Part shown: positions 39,701 to 50,800 of the stretch, one piece after another
Layout: every line of letters starts with the position of its first letter
Numbering within the stretch: position 1 is the first letter of the stretch
NCBI GenBank assembly: GCA_051003195.1
Contig: JBPCLP010000047.1
Coordinates: 32,001 to 96,000 of the forward strand
Length of the DNA stretch: 64,000 nucleotides
Reading direction: 5' to 3'
Origin: Candidatus Sumerlaeaceae bacterium
GTDB lineage: Bacteria; Sumerlaeota; Sumerlaeia; Sumerlaeales; Sumerlaeaceae
Translations under genes and position numbers: made by a program
Notes under the pieces: generated by a model
Database searches by the model: none
Told to the model about the DNA's origin: nothing
Seen by the model: the letters and a program-made list of their open reading frames with translations, nothing else

Positions 39701-40535
39701 CCCGCAGGGTGAACTCGGTGTTGGACGAGATCGGGGCTGGCAGTGTGATGAGAAGAAGGTTGTTCGCGGTATCTGTGCTGAAGGTGAGATTGCCAGTGGA
39801 CGGTCCCTGATCGATGCTGCTGATGACCATGCCACTGGGTGCGCCATTGCCGTCGGGGTTCCCGCCAGTGTTCATGTCGAAATCGACGACGAACTGGCTG
39901 AAGCTGTTGATGAGTGCTTTGGCGCGAATGGTTACCGAAGAGCCGGCCAGCAATCGTGAAGAAAACATATCCGGCTTCCACGTGCAGTCGTACGAAAGAA
40001 TATCGTAGTTGTTGAGGCGTGAATCGATCGGAAGTTGTTTTGTCACGGCACGTCGCGCGTCTTCGGGCCGATCGTCAAAGGCCTCGGCAAAATGCGCCTC
40101 TTCGCTCGTCCCATCCAGTGTGAACATCATCGTTCCGGCCCACGGAAGCGAAGCACCGCTCGGTCGCTCCAGGTCAATATGGTTAGTGCCCGATTTCAGG
40201 TACATCGGATCGACCAGGAACAGCATCCCATCCTGGCGCGCGAGGGGCAGCGTGTTCAGCTTGCGCCCGTTGATCCGCAGCACCGACTTCTCCAGTGGCG
40301 TCGCCAGCAGTCCGTACACGCGTGCCGCATTTTGGACGCTTAGATCGGCGTGCAGATGCAACTCACTCGACGGGGCAACTGCCGTTTCCGTTCCGGAGAG
40401 CGTGTTGTCCGCAGTCACAAGAAATGGCGTGTAACGCCCTGTGATATCAATGGGAGCTGCGGTGGTGGTGGCGAGATGGAGGAGCAGTGTCAGCGTGAAA
40501 AGAGCTTCCGCAATCCTGCGGACGCGGTTGGGCAT
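36714..40535 (-). CDS. Secreted M1 aminopeptidase with putative Ig and lamin-tail domains
   Basis: GIEH, HELAHQWFG..WLNEGFATY (HExxH-x18-E), YRKGA; ASGGTSP..LSGTP; LVINELMY..EFVEL; ends ISNFELY. Confidence 0.9.
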   Translation of the reverse strand: MPNRVRRIAEALFTLTLLLHLATTTAAPIDITGRYTPFLVTADNTLSGTETAVAPSSELHLHADLSVQNAARVYGLLATPLEKSVLRINGRKLNTLPLARQDGMLFLVDPMYLKSGTNHIDLERPSGASLPWAGTMMFTLDGTSEEAHFAEAFDDRPEDARRAVTKQLPIDSRLNNYDILSYDCTWKPDMFSSRLLAGSSVTIRAKALINSFSQFVVDFDMNTGGNPDGNGAPSGMVISSIDQGPSTGNLTFSTDTANNLLLITLPAPISSNTEFTLRVNYSGYPNDIFPKQIFGGPPAYTAETHVGTSPVYPVVYTASQPYGTRRWLPCKDTPADKATTSIQRLIVPNNLGYALTAISNGKLASVTNNGDGTDTHVWVNSYPIATYLLALYVSNYTLVTTTYTALDTVTTMPVGHYLYPENLGTEGNGHLGTLQVMNFYRDKFGEYPFVNEKYQTATWNLTFGIEHQTCTGMPEGSTAGVGNGFTRRNVHELAHQWFGDKVTCSNWDHVWLNEGFATYCEALVTEQFGVYGTYAAYVNNNFVTPPSPAGSISTGTPVVNSNGDDFAGSVVYRKGAWVLHMLRHVLGDAIFFQALRNYVATGYTTSTSQPPGTPVDFQSVCEGAAGLSAGSLAPFFTQWLSGFSGGIYSNQPVYGAHGNMTSGTTTQVSLAINQTQSGLPYNMPIDVQFTDANNNQWISVVPNSTSTNTTTLNTSTSYPLEMDIDPDNWILNGSALTLNTVGLPQGAPGVSYNRTLRASGGTSPRTFTYRPGSTPPAWLSLSPAGVLSGTPPAAGIYIVPVRVTDSAGTPATRDSDLNLYVVSAAPPPAPPTGLVINELMYDNYGAASDVGEFVELVNSTGSAIDISNYQVVLVNSSGVSYSPGPISIPASTSLIAGGYYVIGNQTTIDAVFPGAVDQNVNLNNLVSDGPPAAVVLRDSFGQRVDSVCYRADATMTGGADFAHGTAEGGVGRSTSRALGTAGSSTIGRLPNGVDTGSNVRDFEFIVASPGSANSGGVTLPFSDNFDSGANSAWHFGFATPVRTATLGAAGKPPTDVAAGVITNALEVVDNTGGGDVNFLPGAFNQLNFSGRLWIPQTLGSNAWSTGVGIATRCESAWFQDAAGGGIENGFYLEYQNGPLGGSAPLENGALASHADTVKFFAVSGSPSLNTGPGSSVLTELGSATPTPSTWMKFRLIFDVPNNRLYAAINDTTLLYNGTIPAGTYNTSGGVTVGFREQHTGLPSSANTEGTWVDNVVVDTNTAVITGISNFELY

Positions 40536-40657
40536 GGGTTTCTCCGGAAGTAATAGCGAAAGTGGCCCGTGCCACCTGAGCAGTTTATAGCAACGCAGAG
40601 GCCTTCACCCGGCAAGCAAAAAAGGACAGTTTGTCGTAGCACACTACCCACTAACCA

Positions 40658-41233
40658 CTACATCTGGTGGTCGCTGCAACGCCACAGGTCGCCATTGCTG
40701 ACGGTTCCATTCGTGGCATCGTAAATCATATATGTAAAATCCTGATCTTGCCCCGTGAAAACGGCCCACGAAAATCCCGGGTACGCTTTGATGGGAATGG
40801 AATCTTCATCGCGGTCCGGACCATCGCTGGCAATTGCAAATCGAGAAGGTGCGTCGATAGGCGTCGCACCCATTTTATACGCGCCATTGCGAGGGCCCCA
40901 ATCGATTCCGACATCACCCTGCTCCTCCAATGGGTGGAAAAGGTCGGTTGGAACGCTGCTGATATAGGCAATCGGGGTGGTGAGCGGAAAGAAGCGCTCC
41001 CATCGTGCGTTCACATACGTTTCAGGATAGTGGTTATTGTCAACGTGGTAGGCTTCCATGGCGCCTGCGATCGTGCGCATATCGGATTTTGCCCGCGATA
41101 TCTTCGCACGAATTTGTGCTTCGAGCATATTGGGTACGGCAATCGCCGCCAGGATTGTAATAATCGCGACAACGATCAGCAGTTCAATGAGCGTAAAACC
41201 GGCGCGCGTGTGCACAAATGTTCTGTAACGCAT
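40658..41233 (-). CDS. Prepilin-type N-terminal cleavage/methylation protein
   Basis: G|FTLIELLIVVAII class III signal. Confidence 0.92.
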   Translation of the reverse strand: MRYRTFVHTRAGFTLIELLIVVAIITILAAIAVPNMLEAQIRAKISRAKSDMRTIAGAMEAYHVDNNHYPETYVNARWERFFPLTTPIAYISSVPTDLFHPLEEQGDVGIDWGPRNGAYKMGATPIDAPSRFAIASDGPDRDEDSIPIKAYPGFSWAVFTGQDQDFTYMIYDATNGTVSNGDLWRCSDHQM

Positions 41234-41255
41234 TATTTATGCTCCCTGGGGTCTC

Positions 41256-41765
41256 TTAAGGCTTGGGTGCTGCGGATGGGCCAGGGGCATTGGCAGCCGC
41301 GCGGCGTGCCTGCACCTGCGCTTGAAGTTCCTTGTTCTTGCTTTCGGCCACCTGCCGCTGGGTGCCCGGATAAAATTTGTTCATACGCGCCTGGCGGCGT
41401 TCGCGTTCGGCTGCGCGCAACGCGTCGTTTTCACCCCGCAGATTTTTAAGGCGCGCTTTCTGCTCGTCAGTCAGCACTTTTATCGCATCGCGACGCAGCC
41501 GCTGCGGATCAGTAGTCTGACCTTGTAGCTGCGCCAGTTTACTCTTCTGCTCATCCGTCAACGCCAGCTTCTGAAACATCTGCTGTTTGGTCTGCTCAGA
41601 ATTCATTTTCGCCGCTGCCGGCTTCCGCGGCTCCGGGTGCAACTGTTCGTATTGGTACACAATATAACCGATACCGCACGCAATCAGTGCGACAAGCCCG
41701 ATGGCCTTAAAGGGAAGCGAAATGACTTTACTGCCACCCGAAGAGCTGCTGTCAAGTCTTGGCAT
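41256..41765 (-). CDS. Membrane-anchored protein with Spy/CpxP-like LTxEQ repeats
   Basis: TM helix followed by LALTDEQK..LTDEQK. Confidence 0.6.
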   Translation of the reverse strand: MPRLDSSSSGGSKVISLPFKAIGLVALIACGIGYIVYQYEQLHPEPRKPAAAKMNSEQTKQQMFQKLALTDEQKSKLAQLQGQTTDPQRLRRDAIKVLTDEQKARLKNLRGENDALRAAERERRQARMNKFYPGTQRQVAESKNKELQAQVQARRAAANAPGPSAAPKP

Positions 41766-41865
41766 TAATCAGGTTAGCCTTTGAATGTTCGATTGAAAAG
41801 GCGAAGCAAGCCGCGAAAATATACTCGCTTGTTCCAGACTGGTTGAGCACGAGACGTTCCCCACG

Positions 41866-42201
41866 TCAAAACAGGAGTTTTAATGTCTGTCCCAGCCTTT
41901 CTTTCATTTCACCTGGATCCGATGTCCCCAGCCACATGCTGAGTACAAACCAGATCAATGCGACGAGGACGGCGGAGATGATCAGGGATTTGATGAGACC
42001 AACGAGGGTTCCGAACCCGCAGCCGCTGCGCACCGGAAGTGTATGCACCTGGTCATGAAACTCGCGGAACGCCTCCACACATTCGTGACTGCAAAAGATA
42101 CCATCCGGAGCCTTCACACGACATTGTGAGCACACGGGAGTATGGCAGCGCTTGCAACGGGTGCTCGCGTTCTTAAGGGGATGGTTAGCGCAATGTTCCA
42201 C
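41866..42201 (-). CDS. B-box-type zinc finger membrane protein
   Basis: CANHP..CKRC..CSQC..CSHEC plus C-terminal TM helix. Confidence 0.75.
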   Translation of the reverse strand: MEHCANHPLKNASTRCKRCHTPVCSQCRVKAPDGIFCSHECVEAFREFHDQVHTLPVRSGCGFGTLVGLIKSLIISAVLVALIWFVLSMWLGTSDPGEMKERLGQTLKLLF

Positions 42202-42317
42202 AGTTGTATCTATTGACCACGATTTGGCGCAATCAACAATTACGTATTACGCAAAAGGAAGTAAGCTTGCTCGCAGCATCTGCTCAAGTGTCCGACCCAT
42301 ACCCGACGGTGCATGGA

Positions 42318-43910
42318 ATGCCCTTCCAGGCTCGGTGGCTGCCCGGCATGTCGGTGCTTCTCGCGATGCTGCTCGTAATTGCCACGGGTTGGGTGAACGA
42401 TGACGCATATATAACGCTGCGCACGATCGACAACTTCATCCATGGTTACGGGCTGCGTTACAACGTCGAAGAGAGAGTGCAGGCATACACTCACCCATTG
42501 TGGCTCATCCTGCTCACCACGATATACAACGTCGTCCACAGCGCCTACTTCACTGCTGTGCTCGCCGGTGTACTTTGTACATTGTCAGCATTATTGCTAC
42601 TGGTGCGGTCAAGGCCAGATCCGTTCACCGCAGCTTTAGTCGTGATACTGGCATCCTCGAAGGCGTTCATTGAGTATTCGACTTCTGGACTGGAAAACAG
42701 TCTTTCGCATTTGCTGATCATCGCATTCTTCTTGTCGGTGCTCAGCGAAAACGAAAAGCGGCGATTCGCGTGGGCGTGCATATGGGGTGGTTTCGCGGCA
42801 GTAAACCGGCAAGACCTCGCGCTGTTGTTTGTCGGGCCGCTTGTAATTATGGCGGTGCAGTTGCGCTCCGCAGGCGCTATCATACGAGGACTGTTGCCTG
42901 GTTCCTTGCCGCTGCTGCTCTGGGAAAGCTTCTCACTGATCTACTACGGTTTTCCATTTCCGAATACAGCGTATGCAAAACTTGGGGCGGGTCTTTCGCG
43001 GCACGAAATGCTCGTGCATGGATTTGGTTATTTGAAATCGTCGCTGGCTCGCGACTACGTGACGCTACCGTTTACCGTATTCGTCTGCCTTCTCTCCCCC
43101 TGGATGGCAAAAAAGCCTCTCGCGATCGGAGCCGGTATTTCCATAATAACCTACCTGGCATACATCGTTTGGGCCGGGGGAGATTTTATGACAGGACGAT
43201 TCACCACAGCTCCGTTTGTAGCGGCGGTGGCACTAGCGTTGGTCTGCACTCCGACCAGGTGGAAAAAGCACTGCTGGAAAATAGCGGCAGTTGCCGGAGG
43301 TTTATGTCTCCTGTCACCCGGCATGGTGCTGAAACCCGTTAAGGCATATTCCGGACCTGTGGAACAACATCCTTACCTGGATAAGAACATGGTTGCTGAC
43401 GAACGGGCATTTTACTCAGCAAGCAGCAACCTCATGGATAATCTGAGTTCCGACCGCATTGCCCGGCATCCATTTGCGAAACTGGGAATCAAGGCGCGGC
43501 AACGCGGCGCACGCGTCATCATATTTCAGAACGCAGGATATGCCGGCTATTATGCAGGCCCGAACTTGTATATACTGGATCCACTGGCACTCGTAGATCC
43601 GTTGCTCGCTCGGCTTCCCATGAGATCGGACCACGAAGCGCGGCAGGGCCACTACATGAGGGCCTTTCCCGATGGATATAAAGAAAGCCTGCCGGATAGC
43701 ACTAACGCTATCTCCAATTCAAATTTGCACGCCTTCTACGATAAAATCCGGATCATCACTCGCGACCCGGTCTGGAGTCGCCAACGATTCGTCACGATCT
43801 GGCAAATGAATGTCGGCGCGTTTAACTCCCTGGTGCCGCGAAAGGAACACTACTCCGGGCCAAAGGAAGCCTGGCACGTCATTGCACACGGCTCTGAAAA
43901 AACATCCTGA
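42318..43910 (+). CDS. GT-C membrane glycosyltransferase (AftB-like); start uncertain
   Basis: DDAYITLR..N..ERVQAYTHPLW, STSGLEN, YYG.P.PNTAYAK, GGDFM.GRF, GH..R. Confidence 0.8.
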   Translation: MPFQARWLPGMSVLLAMLLVIATGWVNDDAYITLRTIDNFIHGYGLRYNVEERVQAYTHPLWLILLTTIYNVVHSAYFTAVLAGVLCTLSALLLLVRSRPDPFTAALVVILASSKAFIEYSTSGLENSLSHLLIIAFFLSVLSENEKRRFAWACIWGGFAAVNRQDLALLFVGPLVIMAVQLRSAGAIIRGLLPGSLPLLLWESFSLIYYGFPFPNTAYAKLGAGLSRHEMLVHGFGYLKSSLARDYVTLPFTVFVCLLSPWMAKKPLAIGAGISIITYLAYIVWAGGDFMTGRFTTAPFVAAVALALVCTPTRWKKHCWKIAAVAGGLCLLSPGMVLKPVKAYSGPVEQHPYLDKNMVADERAFYSASSNLMDNLSSDRIARHPFAKLGIKARQRGARVIIFQNAGYAGYYAGPNLYILDPLALVDPLLARLPMRSDHEARQGHYMRAFPDGYKESLPDSTNAISNSNLHAFYDKIRIITRDPVWSRQRFVTIWQMNVGAFNSLVPRKEHYSGPKEAWHVIAHGSEKTS

Positions 43911-43933
43911 AACTTACGCGAGCGAACTACAGC

Positions 43934-45304
43934 TTACAGCCGGAAGATACGAGCGAACTCGGCGGCCTGTGCTTTCCGATTAAATGTCTCGATCAGTTCT
44001 GTCTGCCGATTAAAATTCGTGCGTCCGAGGAACAGCTCGAACAACGTTTCTTTGATACGGAAGATGTTCTCAGGCGGCACTACGAATCCACAACCTGATT
44101 GCCGAACCAGCGTGGCAAGTGCGCCCGGTGGCGCTACCGCGAGGATCGGTTTGCCGGTTGCAAGGTACTCGAATATTTTTTGCGTCAGCATGATTTCGCT
44201 GTTGGGCGCTTCGCCCTCCAGCACCAGCAGCGCATCAGCGCTCATCTGCAGTTGCAGCGCTTCGCGATAGGTTCCCATTCCCCAGTTGTGGATCACATGC
44301 TGCAAACCCATAGCGACTATTGCTTCCTCGTACTCTGGCTTGAATTTCGTGCGGAAGACTACCTGGAAGTTGTCGTTCAAACCTGGATAACAATCGAGCA
44401 ACCCCCGTACAGCAGCGAAAAAGTTCTCCGGCGAGCGCTGCATAAACAGTGTGCCCGTATAAGCCACCGTGAACTTGTCGAACCCAATCGGTTCAAGCTT
44501 TGCGAAATCGTCCGGATCAAATCCATTTGGTATCACATGAACTTTGTGTTCGCCTGCAATCGTGCGAAGGTGGCGTGCAATGGGCTCGCTCACGGTAGTC
44601 ACTGCATCTGCATTTTTAACAACGGCGCGTTCCAGTTTCGTGCTCCACTTGCGGTGCAGGGGAGTGCCTTGTGCGCCAAAGTATGGGTTTTGAGTCCAGC
44701 CGTCCCGAAAATCCGCAATCCATTTGATACGATAACGGCGTTTCAGGTAGAGTCCGGCCAAGTGCGTGGAATGTGGGAATGACGAGGTGAGCACATAACG
44801 AATGGCCTGGCGTCGTAGCAGCGCTTCGGCTTCTGGAATTGCGAACGGAAGCCACCCGACACGGTCATCAGGTATAGCCAGAAGCTGGTTTGCATAGTTC
44901 GCAGCGCGGCCTGCAGTGCGGGAAATCCGGCTCTGCCGGCGAACCGGACCAGCGGCTGCGGCTGAAGCTTCATGCGTTGCGGGTTCCGCTGCATCAAAAA
45001 CAGAACGGATCCGGCCGAGTATTCGGGGCATCTTCCTTGTCAAATTCCAAACGTGATACGGATCAAAGCTCGGTGTGCGTGTCACCGCGTAATTCTGTTG
45101 CTCGATCTCGCGCAGCGCCTCGAGGTCCAGGGGCATTCGCTCGTCTGGCGACGCACAAAGCACTACCGGATCCATGCCGAATGCCGGCAGATATTTTGCC
45201 AGCTTCACCATACGCCGCACACCTGACAGACCTGGAGGAAAGTCGTAGTTGATGAGCAGGACCCGATCTCCCGGGCGCGTGCATGGTGGCGTGTTCCTGC
45301 TCAT
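43934..45304 (-). CDS. Glycosyltransferase family 4
   Basis: FPP..GVRR, WIADFRD, VIPNGFD, KIFEYLATGKPIL. Confidence 0.9.
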   Translation of the reverse strand: MSRNTPPCTRPGDRVLLINYDFPPGLSGVRRMVKLAKYLPAFGMDPVVLCASPDERMPLDLEALREIEQQNYAVTRTPSFDPYHVWNLTRKMPRILGRIRSVFDAAEPATHEASAAAAGPVRRQSRISRTAGRAANYANQLLAIPDDRVGWLPFAIPEAEALLRRQAIRYVLTSSFPHSTHLAGLYLKRRYRIKWIADFRDGWTQNPYFGAQGTPLHRKWSTKLERAVVKNADAVTTVSEPIARHLRTIAGEHKVHVIPNGFDPDDFAKLEPIGFDKFTVAYTGTLFMQRSPENFFAAVRGLLDCYPGLNDNFQVVFRTKFKPEYEEAIVAMGLQHVIHNWGMGTYREALQLQMSADALLVLEGEAPNSEIMLTQKIFEYLATGKPILAVAPPGALATLVRQSGCGFVVPPENIFRIKETLFELFLGRTNFNRQTELIETFNRKAQAAEFARIFRL

Positions 45305-45315
45305 GGATACTGCGG

Positions 45316-46458
45316 CTATTGCTCCACCGCGGCAGGTGCGAGCTCAAGGTTCGATCCAACCCGTCCGCTGCCTTCGCCGCTGAGTTCGTGGACTTCCTCA
45401 ATCAAAATTTCACGGCCTTCCTGGCTGGATAAATAGATGCTGTCCAGAATCCGCTGCACGTTCAGGGATTCTTCTCCGCGCACCAGCACCTCGGCTTCGC
45501 CACGCAAACATTTTACCCAGTGCTTCAATTCTTCGACGTGCGCGTCCACAACTACGAATGCCGTCGGCTCGAGGTTGATGAGCGCTTCGTCGCGCGATTG
45601 AAAAATACGAACACTGGTAGGAGCTTTTGGTGTGGTAAACGGCAACAGCTCCGCTCCTCCTAGATCACCCAGTATGGTCTGCGGGTAAATCTCCTCGTCC
45701 TTCAGGTGAGCGGCCCAACTTGCCTCCAGCGAAAGCGTGCAACCGTCGGTAAATTTAACCATGCCGCAGGCGAAATCTTCCACGTCGTAGTCTTCACGGC
45801 GGTAGGTACCATGCGGATTGTAGAAGGTCTGCCGGTTGCCGAACTGCGTGTAGACGCTCCCGCTCACGCACTTCGGACGCGGGCTTCCCATCAACCAGAT
45901 GATAAGATCCAGGGTGTGCACGCCCAGATCGATCAGAGGACCACCGCCCGACTTGCTCTTGATGTGGAACTGTCCCCAGCCAGGGACACCACGCCGCCGC
46001 AAAGCATGGGACCTTCCGTAATAAATGTGTCCGAGCTCGCCCTGTTCAATCATACGTTTTAGAAACTGACACACCGGAAGGAAGCGCATGTGGTGCCCAA
46101 TTGTCAGCATACGCTTAGATGTTCGCGCAGCGTTTACCATTTTCTGCGCTTCTTCGCTGTTCATTGCTATCGGCTTTTCGCACAGCACGTGCATACCCCG
46201 CTGCAGCGCCTCTACCGTCGGCTCGCAATGCGCGTAGTTGGGCGTACATACCGATATCGCATCGAGTTTCTCGGCTTCGAACATTTCGATAAAGCTCGCG
46301 TAGGCACTAGGGATTTCCTTTTCGACGGCGAACTTCTGTGCTCGCTCAAGACTGATGTCCGAGCAGGCAACCACCTGCACGCCATCGCACGCGCGATAGC
46401 CGCGTATGTGAATCCCGGCGACCGCGCCGCAACCAACTATTCCAACCCTCAAGCTCAT
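45316..46458 (-). CDS. Gfo/Idh/MocA oxidoreductase
   Basis: GIVGCGAV, CTPN..H, CEKP, GGGPLIDLGVH. Confidence 0.92.
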   Translation of the reverse strand: MSLRVGIVGCGAVAGIHIRGYRACDGVQVVACSDISLERAQKFAVEKEIPSAYASFIEMFEAEKLDAISVCTPNYAHCEPTVEALQRGMHVLCEKPIAMNSEEAQKMVNAARTSKRMLTIGHHMRFLPVCQFLKRMIEQGELGHIYYGRSHALRRRGVPGWGQFHIKSKSGGGPLIDLGVHTLDLIIWLMGSPRPKCVSGSVYTQFGNRQTFYNPHGTYRREDYDVEDFACGMVKFTDGCTLSLEASWAAHLKDEEIYPQTILGDLGGAELLPFTTPKAPTSVRIFQSRDEALINLEPTAFVVVDAHVEELKHWVKCLRGEAEVLVRGEESLNVQRILDSIYLSSQEGREILIEEVHELSGEGSGRVGSNLELAPAAVEQ

Positions 46459-46594
46459 CCTGCTTTGACTTTCTAATCGTGTGGTTTCATCGGCAAGGTG
46501 GCAGGCCGGGACCGCTGCTGCAAGTGCTGAGAGGATCATCTGCCTCCAAATCTAAAGTTCCGGGACTTGCCGCTTGTTCTGCTCCTGCGTACAG

Positions 46595-47716
46595 CTAACC
46601 GTTGCCGAATAGAATCAGGAACTCGTCGTCCGCCAGTGGAGGTATGCTGGCCAGGTCCAGGTTTGCTCGCACATGCTCAATATTGCTCATGCCAACAAGC
46701 GCGGTTGTCACGCCTGGCGCCGAGCGTGAAAACTGGAGTGCGCGTGCTGCATCGTTCGGAAGTCCGGAGATGGCCTGCTGAACCGTAGCCGGCAGGTTTC
46801 GCGTGAGCTGTGCCTGCAACAACGAAGCGCTTGCGACAGCCGAAACGTTTAGAGACCGGGCGGCTTCCAACGGAGTCATTCGCATCCCGTTCACTTCCTG
46901 GTTCATTTGCGTCAGTCCGGCCGGCATCGCGAGGTTAACGGGAAGCTGAACAAATCGGAAATGGTGACTATCGCCACCTGCATGACGCGCACATTCAACG
47001 ACCCGATCCAGCGATATTAAATCTGACGATTCGCGCACTCCGAGAAATGCATCCCATGTCGCGATACCGTAGCTGCAGATGCGCTGCGCGGCGACTTCGC
47101 TCTCCAGCGCAATGAACGCCTGCTCGAGTGCATAATAAAAATCTTCGTCGTTTAATTCGGCAAGTTGCGTTTCTGGATTATGAATGTAATAAATGTCGAT
47201 TGTTTCCAGCCCAAGGTTCTCCAGGCTGCGCGCCACCTGGTGGCGGATATACGCGGGCGTCATGCAATGACAGCTGGCGACAATGTCATCCGGTGTAATG
47301 ATCCCTGGCTTGATCAGTTCCGCTTCGATCCAGGCGCGCGGGTTTTTAGGATAGTCGCCATCGAACGGCAGGAAACCACCTTTGGTACATACCACGATTT
47401 CCTCTCGCCTGGAACCGTTTTCGATGAGTTGTCGCATTGCCGTCGCAATCGAGCGTTCGCTTCGCTGGAACCGGTAATTGATCGCACTGTCGATCACGTT
47501 GCAGCCCAGGCACACGGCCACTGTGATCGCGTCGGCATACGACTTATCATAAGCCGGTGTTGGTTCTCCCAGGTAGGTACCGAGTCCAATGGACGACATC
47601 ATCATGCCGTGTGCGAGTCGGAAGTGGTCCGGGTCGAGTTCGGGAAATCGATCTGTATAGTGCTCGGTGCCTTCGGCAGTGGCGTGGCCCGCGATTGGCG
47701 TAGTTGAATTACTCAT
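46595..47716 (-). CDS. Aldo/keto reductase
   Basis: IGLGTY, IDSAINY, SLENLGLETIDIYYIHNP, LVGMS..HV..N. Confidence 0.9.
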   Translation of the reverse strand: MSNSTTPIAGHATAEGTEHYTDRFPELDPDHFRLAHGMMMSSIGLGTYLGEPTPAYDKSYADAITVAVCLGCNVIDSAINYRFQRSERSIATAMRQLIENGSRREEIVVCTKGGFLPFDGDYPKNPRAWIEAELIKPGIITPDDIVASCHCMTPAYIRHQVARSLENLGLETIDIYYIHNPETQLAELNDEDFYYALEQAFIALESEVAAQRICSYGIATWDAFLGVRESSDLISLDRVVECARHAGGDSHHFRFVQLPVNLAMPAGLTQMNQEVNGMRMTPLEAARSLNVSAVASASLLQAQLTRNLPATVQQAISGLPNDAARALQFSRSAPGVTTALVGMSNIEHVRANLDLASIPPLADDEFLILFGNG

Positions 47717-47820
47717 GCCGAACGGCTGCCACAGTCGTTTCAGATAGCCACAAAAAAGGCACGTTAGTTCGCAGGGTCAGGCCCTGCGCTTCCACTAATG
47801 CTGGTCCGGCAGCCTTGCAT

Positions 47821-50800
47821 TCACTTATCCACTACCTTCAGTATCAGCTCATCACTATTGCTGCGCAGGGGCGGGAAGTACATCGCATATCCTGTGGTAG
47901 GCATCGTGTGGAAAGTGCCCGGAATCTCCGCGCGGACGTTATAGCTGATGTTGTGTTCGCCCTGTGCCAGGTGAGTGATAAAGAAGGCGACATGCTGATC
48001 GCGCAGCTCCATGTTCGCACAGAGCCCGCCGCCATACGTGCTGCCGCTCTGTAGTTGCACGGGCTCCATCCCGGCGGGCTTTGGGTCTTCGAACACCAGG
48101 TACTCGTAATCGTTAAGCGATTTGATGCGCAGCGTTACGCGCAGCTCATCTCCCGATTTCAAAGATTCACCGTCGTGCACCGGCACATACCGGTCTTTGG
48201 CCACAACCGTTCCATCGGGAGCCGGCGTGACTACCACGTCCTCTTCGTCTTTTGGAGCAGCCACGGCTTCCCTGGTGGCCGAACTCTGTGGATCGCGCAC
48301 AAGCTTCTCATACGTCCGCTCCACGTAGATTTCATTGCCGGCTTTCCTGATATGCTCTTCCAGCGTAAAATACTCCGCGAATACAGAGTAGAATGCGGTG
48401 GCGGTACCTGTCTTCTCGATCTGCAGGCGCAGCTTGCCGGACGCGCTCTCCGGAATCTCGCTGCCGCGCAGAACCACGCTGCCATCGAAGGACCAGAAAT
48501 TCTGCGGCGAAACTGTGAATCGTTTCAATTCGGGTGCTGTCAGAGCTCCGGAGGTGCTGTCATCCACCAGCCATACGCGCACGTCCATGGTACTCACCAC
48601 TTCCTTGCGCTGCAGCATATAGGTCGACAGGGCCAGCACCGACTGTGCCGTGTCCTTCGTGCTCTTCCACTTCCGTCCCTGCCGGTTGAGCACCAACCAC
48701 TTCATCGACTGTTCGACCAGCTTGTTCTGCGGGTCAATTTCGAGGTGTGCGATCAGCCCCATCGCTGTCGCTTCCACGGCTTCCTCCCACCAGTACCATC
48801 CGCCGTGTAGTTTGCCCCAGCGTGCAGTATCATTCTCAGGTGTGATGACTGCAACATTGTACATGTTGCGTAACACGGTGCGTGCATCTTCCTGGCGGTT
48901 CGTATGCCACAATGCGCGGGCAAGCAGCGCCAGTCCATGTGCGGTCAGCTTATCGCGGTTCTTGCACAGGAAATCCAGCGCCTCCGGTTCCGACTGCTGA
49001 TTCAACGCCAGCACGAACTCGGAAAACATTAACGTGTGCAGATCGTATGGCCACCAGTAGATCAGGTTGTTCTTTCGGTTCTGCTGGTTCTTGAGCTGAT
49101 CCTGCACAAGCTGGTGCAGCTGTTGCAGACCGCGCGAGTACATACCCTCGTCTACTTTCACATCCGACTGGCGCACGATCGTGAGCCCATACATAACGTA
49201 GGAGCTCATGTATGAGTTCGCGCCATCATCGCGCCACCAGCCCCAACTTCCATCGGCATGCTGGAAGTCTCGCAGTCGTTGCAGTCCGGCTTCGATTACT
49301 GGTGAAAGCTTTTCGGCAGAAACAGGGTCCGGCGGCAAGCGCAGCTCGCGGAACGCATGCTGTGCCACCGCGGCCGGCATGAACCGGCTCATCGTCTGCT
49401 CGGTGCAGCCATAAGGATATTCGATCATATATGGTAAGGCATCACGGATAGCGAATGCCAGCGAAGGATTCACGCTGATGGTTAGCTTTGTCGTCGCCGT
49501 GATACGTTCCTTCGGTAGCTCGATTGAGCGCGTAATGAGTGTCTTCTCGTCCTTCAATTCCACGGACACTTCGGTGGTGCTCTCGTCGGCCGTGGTTCCG
49601 TTCCAGGCCACGAACTTGTCAATGCCGTGTTGAAGTACGGGGAAGCTCATCTCGACCGCATCACTCTCGGCGCTGGTGAGTGCGAGCAGCGTCACGCTTG
49701 TTTCACCCGGCTTCACAACGTCGAAGTTCCAATCAACGCGTGCTTCGCCGTTGGACTCGATACGAATTGTGCGCGCCCCGGCAGATTCTGTCGTGGCACC
49801 CTCGTTGCCCGGACGAAGTTGCTCGCCCGTGGCAAGGCTCACCTGCACATCCTGCGCTTCAGGCAGGTAATTGTGAACCACCGCCGAGAGAGTCACCTGG
49901 TCGCGCTCGCGGAAAAATCGCGGCGCTTCCAACCTGGCTAGCAGATTCTTTCGGACGACGGTGTCGGTCGTTGCGTTACCGACGCGCGTATCCTCCGTCG
50001 TTCCCACTGCGGCGCACTTCCATGTCGTCAGTGAATCCGGGAACTTCACGCGCACCTTTGCGCGTCCATGCTCATCCGTAACTATTGCGGGAGACCAGAA
50101 CATGCTGTCGCGAAAATCCGTCCGGACTTTTGCTTCCGCCGTTGGAGCGTCCTTCTTTTGCTTGGCGAATAGATCCAGCGAGTCGTCCTCCTTTAAGTCG
50201 GAAAGCTCCAGGCGCATGTCTTTCCCGGCAAGGCCAGTGGCAGCGACGGCGTTAACACCGAGGGACATCGGACCCACCGCGGCGGGTGCTTCGGAGAAAT
50301 AGCGTAGAGTTGCCTTGGGTGCAAAACCAAGTCGGTGAGAACCCGCCAGTCGGCCTTCACTATCTTCAGAAAAAGCCCACCTGTCTCCCCGAACCTGCAC
50401 CGATTCTTCATTTTGCAGGAATCTGCCCAGGTCCGGCGGAATGGTTTCAAAGTACCCGGCCGGCGCAGGCATCGAATTACGTATTTCCGAACGCAACTGG
50501 CGCCGCTCTCCGTAAAACACACGCCGTATGTCCACGCGCATTTCCGGCGCAATATAGAGGATTGAGCTGTCGAACAGGCTGATCGAAAATTCGCCGCGCA
50601 CCGGTTGTCCCAGGTTATCGCTCGCCACAATTTCGAAATCTCCCTCCTCGCCGGGACGGTAGTCGGGCTTATCACCCGACACACTCACGTTCAGCACACG
50701 CTTCTTAGGCGGCACGATCAGTTCCAGGCCGTCCTCAATTACTTTCTGGTTCTGTACGGCAACGACATGCACTTGTGTGTTAGGCGCGAAGGCGTCAGTG

